Shown here: piece by piece, positions 49,801 through 61,745 of the stretch
How the letters are laid out: each line of letters opens with the position of its first letter
How positions within the stretch are numbered: the first letter of the stretch is position 1
Source: Heptranchias perlo
Taxonomy: Eukaryota
Assembly: GCF_035084215.1 (NCBI RefSeq)
Contig: NC_090334.1
Coordinates: 70,990,001 to 71,054,000 of the forward strand
Reading direction: 5' to 3'
DNA: 64,000 nt
Notes under the pieces: model-generated
What the model saw: only the letters and a program-made list of their open reading frames with translations
Database searches by the model: none
Told to the model about the DNA's origin: nothing
Program-made: the position numbers and the translations under genes

Positions 49801-50108
49801 TACAACTGAGTGGCTTGTTAGGCCATTTCAGAGGGCAATTAAGCATCAACCACATTGTTGTGGGTCTGGAGTCACATATCGGCCAGACCGGGTAAGGACG
49901 GCAGGATTTCCTTCCCTGAAGGATATTAGTGAACCAGATGGGTTTATACAACAATCCGGTAGTTTCATGGCCACCATTACTGATACTAGTTTTTTTTAAA
50001 TTCCAGATTTTTTTTTATTTAATTGAATTTAAATTCCCTAGCTGCCGTGGCAGGAATTGAACTCTGGATTACTAGTCCAGTAACATAACCACTATGCTAC
50101 TGTACCCG
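46873..50108 (-). mobile_element. Full-length LINE family B (CR1-group APE-RT, no ORF1, tRNA-like 5' head), frameshifted
   Basis: TSD ATGCT (46868-46872 and 50109-50113). A ~410-bp 5' region precedes APE (NIWGL, LTESY, YRPP, VGDF, LDLVLTN, SDH) and RT (KAMGPD, NYRPISLL, LDIKAAFDRVW, GVPQGSVLGP, FADD). Conserved tail plus A-tract. Confidence 0.9.
50053..50107 (-). promoter_or_regulatory. tRNA-type internal Pol III promoter at the 5' end of the family B LINE
   Basis: A-box TAGCATAGTGG (50089-50099) fits TRGCNNARYGG; B-box GTTCAATTCC (50053-50062) fits GTTCRANNC. Confidence 0.7.
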
Positions 50109-51699
50109 ATGCTCTACTGCGAGCAACGATCCTCATCTTCCAGTTAGGACCCACCTCAAGGATGCACAATACTGCAGGTGCTGACTGCAGAGGGAGAAAA
50201 GTGCTGCTAAAAGTACCAGTCATACCAGTCTGGTGCTCTTCATTGAGAGAACTGGCAGCGTTATTTGATTTTTAAAAAATTCTGGCGGCAGGCTTTTCCA
50301 GAGCAGAGCGCTCTTCATTCATAGTGCTGCCCTTACTCATCTGTGGCAGGATTAGAAGGGATCAGCTAAGGTATGGGGCAGAGCAATTCTTTTTGAATTA
50401 GGACTTGCTCGGTGGGCTGGATGAAATTGTGAAGTGGGACAGAGTTAGCCTACAGATCACGTGTCAGACAGTTCAGCCACCTGGCACTAAGGCACATTGT
50501 TGGGGAAGACTCGAGAGATCTGGGAGCTGGAATTGGGTACCCAAAATAAAATAGAATTCCATGCTGCAGCATTGATGTTTTGACAAGGACAAACAAATCA
50601 CCAAACATATAAATAAGAAAAAAATTACCATTGCTATACTTATCGCCTTTGAAACTATTGCTCCTATAACAGAAATTTATTTAACGTGGATGACATTTTT
50701 CTGACTTTATGAAGTTTTTCACCACATTACTTTTTCCTGTAAAATACTAAAACAAAATCTATTTAAAACTTCACTTGTTCCCTAGTTTTTGTTATACTAG
50801 ATCATGCTTTGAAACTAGGTCTGGACTGAGAATAATTACCTCATTTAATGTAAACACCCAATATCTACCCTGTATCTGAAAATGTCAAAACTAATTTGAA
50901 AAAAAATACTCCCTAACATTCTTGCCTTTCACTAATTTGAAAGGGTTATATTGTTGCATCCTGCTGTGAGTTTTAAATAAATGGTGAGAAATTAAGAAAT
51001 GTAGGCCAGCTGGGTTAGTGCAATGGGTTAGTCTCTGCCTTTCAACTCCAGTATCAGACTTACACAATGAAAGCTTTGCTCGCTGTAAGGGTCCAGTTCC
51101 CCATTCAATTCTCAGTGATCATAGGTCCTCAGGTTAGAACCAGCTCTAATTTGTAAGGCTACAGGATAGCTGGTGTGAGAACTGGCTAAATGGCACAGTG
51201 GTGTGAAAGGGATGCCCTCAGAGCTTGGGGCCAAGTTGAATTGTTGGTGAGAGTAGACGGAGTTTACTCTTTTTCAAACCATGCAATGCTTGATGCCGAC
51301 ACTGGCTGTCCAAAATGGAACGCACACCATTCCCCAGAGCAACGCTTATATCCTTCACCTTGATGAACACAATAACCCACATACTCAGGAAGGAAAATTC
51401 TGTAAAAGTTATCCTTGAACTGCCCTTGGGGAAAACTCTATGAAATCTATTGATCCTTCCTGCAGCAATACTGAAGCCTGGCCAATTGTTCTCTACACAT
51501 GACATTTCTATTGTCCCGGCAGCACAGCTTTTTTCCTGCAGTGTTGTATTATCTTGCTCAATACTTCATCCCTCCAACCGTCAATCTCATTCATCTAAGC
51601 ATTTTGTGAAGGAGTTAGTTGCCATCACCACCTGCTTTTTCTGGGACTGTGGTCCATAGATCCACTACATTAGGATTTTTGTTTTCTCATCTAGTTTTA

Positions 51700-52720
51700 C
51701 CATATTATTTTCTATTTGTGTCCTCTAGTTCTGCTTGCATATTATTAAGGTCCCTCAACATTTAATGTTCCGAATGATGTCCTTACGATACTCCTCCAGT
51801 GAAAACAAGTTCAGAAAAAAGTTCTCTTCATAACTTAGAGCCTTCATAAACATTCTTGCTGCCCTTCTTAGTATCCGCTTCGCTACATCAATGTTTTTTT
51901 TGTTGGATTGTATCCAAAATTGCACACTGTATTCCAACAATGACTTCACCGATGGTCTATACAAAGTTATTATAACTCTCAAGATGCATCCCATTATTTT
52001 GTTTTGTTGATAAAAGGTTCACATTGACTGGTCAACAATCGCAACCCAATCCTTTCCTTTCTCCACTTTGTTAGTGGACATCCTTCAACTTTTACACTTG
52101 GTTCACGTGATAGATACAAAGAAGGAAAGGCATTTGACTCACCTTAGCTCTTCCATTCAGAGGGCCCCTATTATCTCCATATCATGGCGTACAAATGTTC
52201 CTGAGTGCAGGATTTTTGTCTGCACTACTCTATTCCAAGAAGTCCATTCCAAGTGTTGACCACTCTGTGTGATGAAGAACTTCCTGACATCAGTCCTATA
52301 TTTGTCTTGTAAAAGTTGTGTCCTCTTTTCCTACTCATGGTTTAGTTTGAATTATTCTTCTAAATTTACCTTTTCCATTCCGTTTACTTAATTTATCTGC
52401 CTCTGTGAGGTCACCTCTCAGTCATCTCCTTTCAAGGATGAAAAGCATTAGATCCTCCGGTCTTTCCTCATAGCCTAGCCCTATGACACTAAGGATCAGT
52501 CTGAGCTGGGTTTTAATGTCTTCATTATGCCCTGGTGACCAGACTGGATACAGTACTCAAAGTGGGCTGACCAGAACATGATACAGTTTGAGTGTGATTT
52601 CTTCTGATTTCTACTCTACTGTTTTGGTTCTAAATTTCAACTTTGTTGTTTGCTGTTCTGCAATTATTGGACATCTCTTTTTCTAATGTGCATTATCTTA
52701 CATTTATCCATATTAAAATA
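51700..52720 (-). mobile_element. Old CR1 remnants
   Basis: LYRPSVKSLLEYSVQFW...LRRAARM; a second degenerate CR1 3' end lies at ~52130-52720. Confidence 0.6.
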
Positions 52721-52821
52721 TGACTTGATAATTTTTTGATACACTCTTCATTAGCTAAATGCAGCAGAAAAGAATTTGGAGTAAATTATTTTAATGTCAC
52801 AAAATATTTGGATGTCCTAAT

Positions 52822-53318
52822 GTCAGCCTTGGCTCTGAGTCAGATGGATGGGCAATAAATGCTGGCCTTGCCAGCGACGCCCACATCCCATGAACGAATA
52901 ACAAAAAAGGTCAGGGGTTCAAGCCCTACTCCAGATGCTTCAACACATAATCTAGGCTGACACTTCAATGCAGTACTGAGGGAGTGCTGCAACATCGGAG
53001 GTGCCGTCTTTTGCGTGAGCTGTTAAACTGAGGCCTGGTCTGCCCTCTCAGGTGGACATGAAAGATCCCATGACACTATTTGAAGAAGAGCAGGGGATTT
53101 CATCCGGTATTCTGGCCAACATTTATCCCTCAACCAATACCACCAAAAATAGATCATCTGTCATTTATCTCATTGCTGTTTGTTGGACCTTGGAAATTGG
53201 CTGCTGTATTTCCCTACATAATAATAGTGACTAAACTTCAAAAGTACTTTATTGGCTGTGATGCACCTTGGAACATGTTGAGGTCATGAAAGGCACTGTG
53301 TAAATGCAAGTTCTTTTT
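52822..53318 (+). mobile_element. Near-complete tRNA-headed Deu SINE, with a ~60-bp family B tail inserted at 52846-52908
   Basis: CTCTGAGTCAGA[insert]AGGTCAGGGGTTCAAGCCC (B-box); Deu core GCAGTACTGAGGGAGTGCTGCA...TTAAACTGAGGCC...CCCATGACACTATTTGAAGAAGAGCAGGGGA; AAATGCAAG tail. Confidence 0.8.
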
Positions 53319-53654
53319 TTCTTTCTAGTTGATTGAATGTTGAAAGTGTCTTTATGTTGTGTGGCAGCGCTATCTGAAGTAGATAAGTGACAATCTAAAA
53401 GTCCAAAAAGGTGACACTGGCATCATATAAACCACTGCAATAACCATACTTGGAGAATTATGTCCAGTTTTGATCACTATACTTACATGAACGGAACTCG
53501 AGTAGATAATTCTGATGTTGGAGCTCGCATCAGCCCGGGCACAATGGGGCAAATGGCCTCCTTGTGTGTTGAAATTTTTCTAATTCTATAAAGACATTGG
53601 GAAGGTTCAAGGAGGGGCAAAAACCAGGTCTTAAATTATTCAGCTGAGAAGAGA

Positions 53655-53743
53655 AGGGAGAGCAATCTGTTTCATAAAGGGAGAGCAATGTGTTTCATAA
53701 AGGGAGAGCAATCTGTTCCATAAAGAGCGAGCAATCTGCCTCA
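53655..53743. repeat. 23-bp tandem repeat, ~4 copies
   Basis: AGGGAGAGCAATCTGTTTCATAA units at 53655, 53678, 53701 and 53724. Confidence 0.85.
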
Positions 53744-53890
53744 TTTGAACAAAACGACTGGGCAGAAATACAAAAGTTTTTAAGATCACAATGGAATGTG
53801 GAGAAATTTTGAATTTGAGACATGATTACAATCTAAGGACGCCTCAAGCTAAGTGCAACTTCAACAACTTCACACTTAGCAATTATTACA

Positions 53891-54026
53891 TAATGGAACA
53901 CACTGCCATTTTGGGCAGTGAACATAGACTTGGAATGGAGCATCCAAAAAATAAATAGACTGATTCCTTTTGAAAGCTTCATTCCATGTCTACATTCACT
54001 GCCCAAAGTGGCAGTTTATTCCATTA
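53891..54026. repeat. ~59-bp inverted repeat (hairpin) within an old CR1 3' end
   Basis: Left arm TAATGGAACACACTGCC...GCATCCAAAA versus right-arm reverse complement TAATGGAATAAACTGCC...GCTTTCAAAA; about 9 mismatches and a ~17-nt spacer. Confidence 0.85.
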
Positions 54027-56454
54027 CCAATAAGCTACACATTTGGAGACATGGTATAAGGGAAATGCAGATGGTTTGAATGGGTCCTTTACATGAGCTG
54101 AATGGCCTATTCCCAACAATACCTTCTTACGTTCTTACCCAACAGTGTCACATATAAGGGTGATACAATTTTATAACTTGCACTCTGCAGAAAATGCACG
54201 TACTTATATTATTTTTACCCACATGAGGCACAGATCAATTTTATTAATGCAATGCTTCCTGCGAGACAAGGGTCAGACAAAGTTCACCACCTTGGAAACA
54301 AGTCCCTAACAAACGTAATAGGCCAATTAACTTATTTATCCCTGAAGCATTCCTAGACAGTTAGTACAAGTTTAAAAAGAGAATTCCCCAGAAGATCAAA
54401 ATTATATTTCTTGAACTGAGACATTTGCCCAAATTCCCACATTGTTACATTGTAATGCTGTTAACTGCACAACCCATTTGCCAGCAAATACTAACAAGTT
54501 AAATAAAGACATGTGTTTTACAGGGTTCTGTAAATGAAGCTCTATTGTTAAACATAAAACAATGGCTCCATTTGTTTTTAATCCGTTTGAGGGGATATGT
54601 TACAATATATGCACCAGGTCCAGATTAACATAAAGGAGAAGTGTGTGCTCCCAACGTGCAGAGTACGCAATGCATTGCCCCCTCGAATTTTCTCTTCTTT
54701 CCCAAAGACACCGACTCTTACTGAGGTATAGTTTCAAGAAGCACCAGTAGCCCTCTGGTACCTTGTTGAAGTGCTCCATTCTTCATATGCAAAGAAAACT
54801 TAGCAAAGACTGGGGAATGGAACCTGAGACCTTTGGACTGGTTTAATATAATCTGATACCATTCAATCCATTTGCCAAGTATACCATTGGAGTGTATGCT
54901 TCTTAACCAGTCAGATGGTTGTAGGTTCAAGTCATCTGAATCTGCCTGCCACTATTGGGAAGGTTAATCGTGTATTTTCCTTTTGTACCAGGATGCCGGA
55001 GGAGATGCATTATGATTGGAGAAGGCTCCATCAAGGAGTAGGGTGAAAGGAAATCAGATTGGGGGAGACAGGAAGGGGAGGGAAAGAACTGATAGTTGGC
55101 TAATGAGGCATCCTCTCAGGACAGCAGAATGTACTGGTCAGCTCAGTTTTAGGTCATCTAGTGACAGGATATTTCACTGGATTGAAGGGGGAGAAAAACA
55201 AATAAATTCCTCAGCCTCACTTTCTGTAAGTTGATCGTAAAATGTAGCACTGACAAGCAGAGTTACAGTAATCTCCAGCTCAGACCAACCTGTCCCAGGG
55301 ACATGAAGTAGGTTGTGGCATTACAATCTGTTGTGCTGAACAGCTCCCTTAGAGAAATAGAAAGTTGAAAAATAAATATAGTAATTTTTATTGCGCAGAC
55401 ATATGGCTCGGAAAGTTTGGAGGACTATCATACTATACCATAGAGTGATTGGATGGGAGTTGATTGGCACCAGTCCTCACTTGGTGGGTTCCTGATCTTG
55501 GCTGGATTTCAATAGGTTGGCAATATGTAGCTGGATGATGCCAAGCTGAGATCATCTCGCAGAAGAGGAAAGGAAAATGGGAGGATGCACTAGCTCAGGG
55601 GATTCTCAAGTAGCTCTGACCCCTAGGAACAGGTCACTTTCCTGGCCAAAAAATAATGCATAGCACGAGGGTGGAGATGCAAGAGGATGTAAAGCTCAGG
55701 AGGGGAACTAAAATAACAAAGAAAATGGGAGTAGTGCTGGGAAGGAAAACACACTGTAGAGAAAAACAAACCTATTCCACATGTCCATATTCTGTGTTCA
55801 TTGTATATTCATCACTAGGCTCTGTGCAGACATTCCAGAAAAACAAATTAGATGTAATGCATCTCTGTTTCTTAGAAAGTAACACAATACAATAGGTCGA
55901 AACACTATCCTTTCACCCCAGGAATGCAGTTTTCGTGCCAACACAGACAGACAGGATGAGGTTCTCCGTGCTATGATGGTTTGTTAAGGGTCCTGAGTGC
56001 GATAGGTTTGGGCAGCCTCAACTGAAATCCCAGTGGATCCACAGCAAAAAATTCACAATTGGCACTGAAACAATCCTTGATTAAACATTCTTTCAATCCT
56101 CAAAAAGATTCTAATTGTATCATGTTTATTCACTGTCATTTGGCTGAAAGGTATTTTCAATTAGCAGCAATGGAAGAGCGTCTGGGCAGTCTTGCCAGAA
56201 TAATGATGGAGTGGTCAACTCCAACACAAAATCAAAGATCAAGCCTGTCAGTCTTCTAGTCTACCCTTGATTTGGCAAAGTGATACATGCCAAGTCCATT
56301 GCTGTTATTCAATCCCACCCTTGAGATTGTGTTCTAACATTGCAGTTCCAAGGGCTTTTGATGTTCAATCTATTTTATTATATACAATATTGTTTTTGAG
56401 TTAATTAGGGGTATTTGGATATTGGTGAAATTAAAAATCCAGAAAGTGCCAGAA

Positions 56455-56750
56455 ATGTCAGTAACCAGAGGACACGGATTTAAGGTAATTGGCAAAAGAA
56501 CCAGAGGGGAGATGAGGAGAACTTTTTTTAATGCAGTTGTTATGATCTGGAATGCGCTGCTTGAAAGGGTGGTGGAAGCAGATTCAATAATAACTTTCAA
56601 AAGGGAATTGGATAAATACTTGAAGGGGAAAAATTTGCAGGGCTATGGGGAAAGAGTGGAGGTGGGGCGGGGGGGGGGGACTAATTGGATAGCTCTTTCA
56701 AAGAGCCAGCAAAAGCACAATGGGCCAGATGGGTTCCTTTTGTGCTCTCT
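56455..56750 (+). mobile_element. CR1 3' end
   Basis: TRGHGFKVIGKRTRGEMRRTFF...IWNALLERVVEADS. Confidence 0.85.
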
Positions 56751-57109
56751 GATCCAGTGATTGTTTAAGTGCGCAGCAGATTGATCAGCATTAGAGAAGA
56801 AAGCTTTGAGTTTTGGCTGTGATTCTTCTTCAGAACCAGAACTCATCCATTGTTCATGACTATTTTCTTTTTAACCAGCCTTTAGCCACCAACATCTGTG
56901 ATTCCTCTGATACTGGTGGCCACTTCAACAATGTCAGGGTGTCTGGCCTTCAACACCCCTTTACCATAAACATTATTCTTTCTGCACCTCAATCACCCAA
57001 GAAGATGATCTCCCCAAGTCTCTGCTTCTTCCTCAATCATTACCCTAATCAGTCTCCATTTTCAATTACCCTTCTCTACTCGGCCGATCGCTCCCTGGAA
57101 CAAAAATCC

Positions 57110-57903
57110 AGACCTGAGTTCCAGCCTTCCCGTAAGCAGGGGAGGAGGGATCTCAGCCCAAAAGTTACTCACATGTGAACGCCATTCCTTAATGCCGTCC
57201 TCTGCCTCTGATGGCGAATCGAAGGAGTAAGTTCACGCATTTGCACATGCGCACTAAAACCCGGAGATCGTGAACTTGCTCCTATTGGTTTGCTGGTGAT
57301 TTGACAGCTGTAAATTAAAGGGGAATCGCACTCCATAATCATGGAAATCACTGAAAAATCTGTAATCTTGCCCATCTGCCCAGCTGGAACATAACTACTT
57401 ACGTCACCAAAAGGTACGCTGAAAAATACCAGGTCGACACTACTTTTTAAAAATGTGGAGTCTCATATTACTCCTTATTGTCATATTTTTTGATTATTTT
57501 TTGATTATTAAAAAAAATTAAAATAAGTTTTAATTTTTTTTACTTCTTTCTCTTTAATTTAATTAAATTACTTCTTTGGCCTTTTATAAAAAAATATTAA
57601 CATTTCTATTTACAATGACTTGCAGAATATTACTTTAAATGCTTTTAAATAAAACTTTGCTTGCCTGCTTGTGGGCGTGACTTTGCTTCCTGACAGATTA
57701 TGTGGGCGTGTCTTCCTTCTCACCGACATTTCCCATGTGAATCAACCCACGCTGTTCAGAGGCTGGGTCGATATCGCGCATTTTTTGAAAACTTGCAAAT
57801 CACGCAAGTCTACGCCACGGAGCCCGCAGTGAGTAAATTCGTACATTTAATTCGAAGGAGCTGCAGCGAACGTTGCCAGGCCACTGTAAGCAAGTTTCCG
57901 GCT
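57110..57903. mobile_element. Probable degenerate non-autonomous DNA transposon (Harbinger-like)
   Basis: CpG-rich ends flanking an AT-rich core, with a right end (GCAAGTTTCCGGC) resembling that of 28031-28780. The left boundary is uncertain. Confidence 0.4.
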
Positions 57904-58391
57904 AATTACTTCCTCCAGCGCCCTGAACACAAATGATCTCTATTACACTACTGAGGACATGAATGCATTGGTGTCTCGTCCCTCTATTCCCAATCAACAC
58001 CAGGGGGGTTCAAAGAAAATACAGATGTATTTTCAGCCACCTCCAACTTTTATCAGATTCAGGAGTGAAAAAGATAAAATTCTCTTAACATTCCAAATTC
58101 ATGTGACAAACATCAAAAAGTTTGTTTAAACCGTTCTTAAACAATCACTAAAACTACCGATGCAGGTTAAAAAGGCCATTAAAAAAGCAAACCAAGCACT
58201 AGGGTTCATTTCTAGAGGGATAGTGTTGAAAAACAGTGAAGTTATGTTAAACTTGTGTAGAACCTTGGTTAGACCACACTTGGAGTATTGTGCACAGTTC
58301 TGGTCTCCATATTACAAAAAGGATATAGAGGCATTGGAGAAGGTGCAAAAAAGATTCACAAGGATGATACCAGAACTGAGAGGATATACTT

Positions 58392-60150
58392 AGAATCATA
58401 GAAAAGTTACAGCACGAAAGAGGCCATTCGGCCCATTGAGTCCGTGCCAGCTCTATTCAAGAGCAATTCAGCTAGTCCCACTCTCTCGTCCTATCCCCAT
58501 AGCCCTGCAAATTTTTTCCTTTCAAGTACTTATCCAGTTCCCTTTTGAAAGCCATGATTGAATCTGCCTCCACCACCCACTCTGGCAGTGCATTCCAGAT
58601 CCTAACCACTCGCTGTGTAAAAACGTTTTTCCTCATATTACCTTTGGTTCTTTTGCCAATCACCTGAAATCTATGTCCTCTGGTTCTTGACCCTTCCACC
58701 AATAGGAACAGTTTCTCTCTATTTACTCTGTCTGGACCCTTTATGATTTTGAACACCTCTATCAAATCTCCTCTCAACCTTCTCTGTTTCAAGGAGAACA
58801 ACACCAGCTTCTCCAGTCTATCAACGTAACTAAAGTCCTTCATCCCTGGAATCATTCTAGTAAATTGCTGCAGGAGTTCCTCAGGGTAGTGTCCTAGGCC
58901 CAACCATCTTCAGCTGCTTCATCAATGACCTTCCCTCCATCATAAGGTCAGAAATGGGGATGTTCGCTGATGATTGCACAGTGTTCAGTTCCATTCGCAA
59001 CTCCTCAAATAATGAAGCAGTCCGAGCCCGCATGCAGCAAGACCTGGACAACATCCAGGCTTGGGCTCATAAGTGGCAAATAACATTCGCGCCAGACAAG
59101 TGCCAGGCAATGACCATCTCCAACAAGAGAGAGTCTAACCACCTCCCCTTGACATTCAACAGCATTACCATCGCCGAACCCCCAACCTTCAACATCCTGG
59201 GGGTCACCATTGACCAGAAACTTAACTGGACCAGCCATATAAATACTGTGGCTACAAGAGCAGGTCAGAGGCTGGGTATTCTGTGGTGAGTGACTCACCT
59301 CCTGACTCCCCAAAGCCTTTCCACCATCTACAAGGCACAAGTCAGGAGTGTGATGGAATACTCTCCACTTGCTTGGATGAGTGCAGCTCCAATAACACTC
59401 AAGAAGCTCGACACCATCCAGAACAAAGCAGCCTGCTTGATTGGCACCTCATCCACCACCCTAAACATTCACTCCATTCACCACCGGCGCACAGTGGCTG
59501 CAGTGTGTACCATCCACAGGATGCACTGCAGCAACTCGCCAAGGCTTCTTCGACAGCACCTCCCAAACCCGTGACCTCTACCACTTAGAAGTACAAGAGC
59601 AGCAGGCACATGGGAACCACACCACCTGCACGCTCCCCTCCAAGTCACACACCATCCTAACTTGGAAATATATCGACGTTCCTTCATCGCCGCTGGGTCA
59701 AAATCCTGGAACTCCCTTCCTAACAGCGCTCTGGGAGAACCTTCACCACACGGACTGCAGCGGTTCAAGAAGACAGCTCACCATCACCTTCTCAAGGGCA
59801 ATTAGGGATGGGCAATAAATGCTGGCCTCACCAGCGACGCCCACATCCCATAAATGAATAACAAAAAAATCTCTTCTGCACCCTTTCTAAGGCCTTCACA
59901 TCTTTCCTAAAGTGCAGTGCCCAGAACTGGACACAATACTCCAGTTGTGGCCGAACCAGTATTTTATAAAGGTTCATCATGATTTCCTTGCTTTTGTAAT
60001 CTATGCCTCTATTTATAAAGCCCAGGATCCAGTATGCTTTTTTAACTGCTTTCTCAACCTGCCCTGCCACCTTCAACGATTTGTGCACATATACCCCCAG
60101 ATCTCTCTGTTCCTCTACCCCTTTTAGAATTGTACCTTTTAATTTGTATT
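58392..60150 (-). mobile_element. CR1 3' portion (58392-58865 and 59869-60150), itself split by a family B LINE
   Basis: LVRPQLEYCVQFW...ERVQKRF joins FTRMIPGMKDFSY. AAAT is present at both junctions of the inner insertion. Confidence 0.85.
58866..59868 (+). mobile_element. 5'-truncated LINE family B
   Basis: GVPQGSVLGP...MFADDC through to the tail GGGCAATAAATGCTGGCC...CCCACATCCC and an A-tract. Confidence 0.9.
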
Positions 60151-61179
60151 GCCACACCTATCAGGAAAGGCTGAACAGGCTGGGGTTCTTTTCAAAAAAA
60201 GAGAATCCTGAGGGGTGACCTGATAGAGACCTATGAGATAATGAAAGGGTTTGATAGGTTAGACGTAGAGAAAATGTTTCCACTTGTGGGGGAGTCCAAA
60301 ACCAGAGGTCATAAATATAAGAAAGCCACTAATAGGGAATTCAGGAGAAACTTCTTTACCCAGCGAGTGGTTAGAATGTGGAATGCACCACCATGAGGAG
60401 TAGTTGAGGCAAATGGCATAGATGCATTTAAGGGGAAGCTAGATATGCATAAGAGGGAGCAAGGAATAGAAGGGTATGCTGATAGGGGTGGTGAAGAGGG
60501 GTGGGAGGAGGTTAGTGTGGAGCATAAACGCCAACAAAGTCCAGATGGGGCCGGATGGCCTGTTTCTGTGCTGTAGACTCGATGTAACTTGATGTTTCTA
60601 CCTCTGTAAGTCACTCCTTTACAGTGCTTTCAGACAGCTGGTTGTTGATCGGTATCAGGTATAAATTCTTTGGATTTTTGACTGGTCAATTCTGTCTGAA
60701 AACACCTGCCATACACCTCAGTGTGTATGTTGTTGAGGCTGGGGGGGATGGTACTACAGCATATCTATTGGTTTGAATTGGAACAGTAAACCATGCAGAT
60801 GCTATTTTTATTTTATGTTAAAGAGGAATACTCTTGGCATAAGTAGGAGAAACAGACCAGACATGGAAAAAATGTCTGCTTTATGAAGACCAATGATTTA
60901 TATTCCACCAGTAGAATGACTTGCTAACTTACAATTTACAACTTTGCAAGTCATTTACAGACAGATCTATGAATGAGGTATGCACCATATCTGTAAGGGT
61001 TTTCAATGATATGTATGATACTTGCATATTGTTAACTGAACACTAGACGGCCCTCTGATGGGAGTAAGCACCTTGTAGCAATTACTTTCCAAGGTCTCTC
61101 TTGTATTACTTTTGTTATTCTTTGACGAGACTGTTCTAGAGGGTCTGGAAATAAAGGAAGTGAGTTATTACCACACCCA

Positions 61180-61470
61180 TCTTCCTTTGTGTCAGGTATG
61201 ACTTGAGTAACTGGAGGGCTTCCCTTTTGACCCTCCCCCCATTGATCTCAGATTTGGTTCTTTGGTTCTTTACTCGGTTGAATGTTGCTCTGACATTGAG
61301 GGCAACTGATTTTACCTCCTGTGGCATTCAGCTTCTCGTCCATGTCTGAATCAAGGATGAGGTCTGGAGCCAAGTAGTTCTGGTAGAACCTGAACTGAGT
61401 GTCAGTGAGTAGGTTATTGGTGAGTGGGTGGTTCTTAATTGTACTATTGATGACCCCTTCCATCATTTAT
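61180..61470 (-). mobile_element. Older LINE family B RT fragment
   Basis: MEGVINSTIKNHPLTNNLLTDTQFRF...APDLI and SYLTQRKM. Confidence 0.7.
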
Positions 61471-61529
61471 CACCTGTGCATGCCTCTTTTCTTCACCGTA
61501 CGATTAGTGCATAGCTTCCTAGCCATGTT

Positions 61530-61745
61530 CTCTGAAACTACCTCCCTAAACCCTTCCAGCTCTCTACTTCTCTCTGTTCCTTTTAATAACCTTCTCAAAA
61601 CCCATCTTTTTCCCCAAGCCGTCAGTCACCACTCATAAACTCTCGTTCCTAGCTTGGTATTCTGTTCTTCTTACTGTTACTCTGTAAGGTTCCCTGGGAC
61701 ATTTTGTACATTAAAGGGTGCTATATAAATGCAAGTTGTTGTTAC
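61530..61745 (+). mobile_element. L2-type LINE 3' end
   Basis: SLNP...FNNLLKTHLF and the GTGCTATATAAATGCAAGTTGTTG tail. Confidence 0.7.

Larger units (their letters stand above)
58160..60590 (+). mobile_element. CR1 3' portion (58160-58390 and 60153-60590) split by nested insertions
   Basis: RFTRMIPELRGYT continues as TYQERLNRLGFF after ~60153. Confidence 0.8.

Noticed and set aside
50053-50107. Functional tRNA gene
   Set aside because: A and B boxes are present, but there is no complete cloverleaf or downstream T-run terminator, and it lies inside the LINE's TSD.
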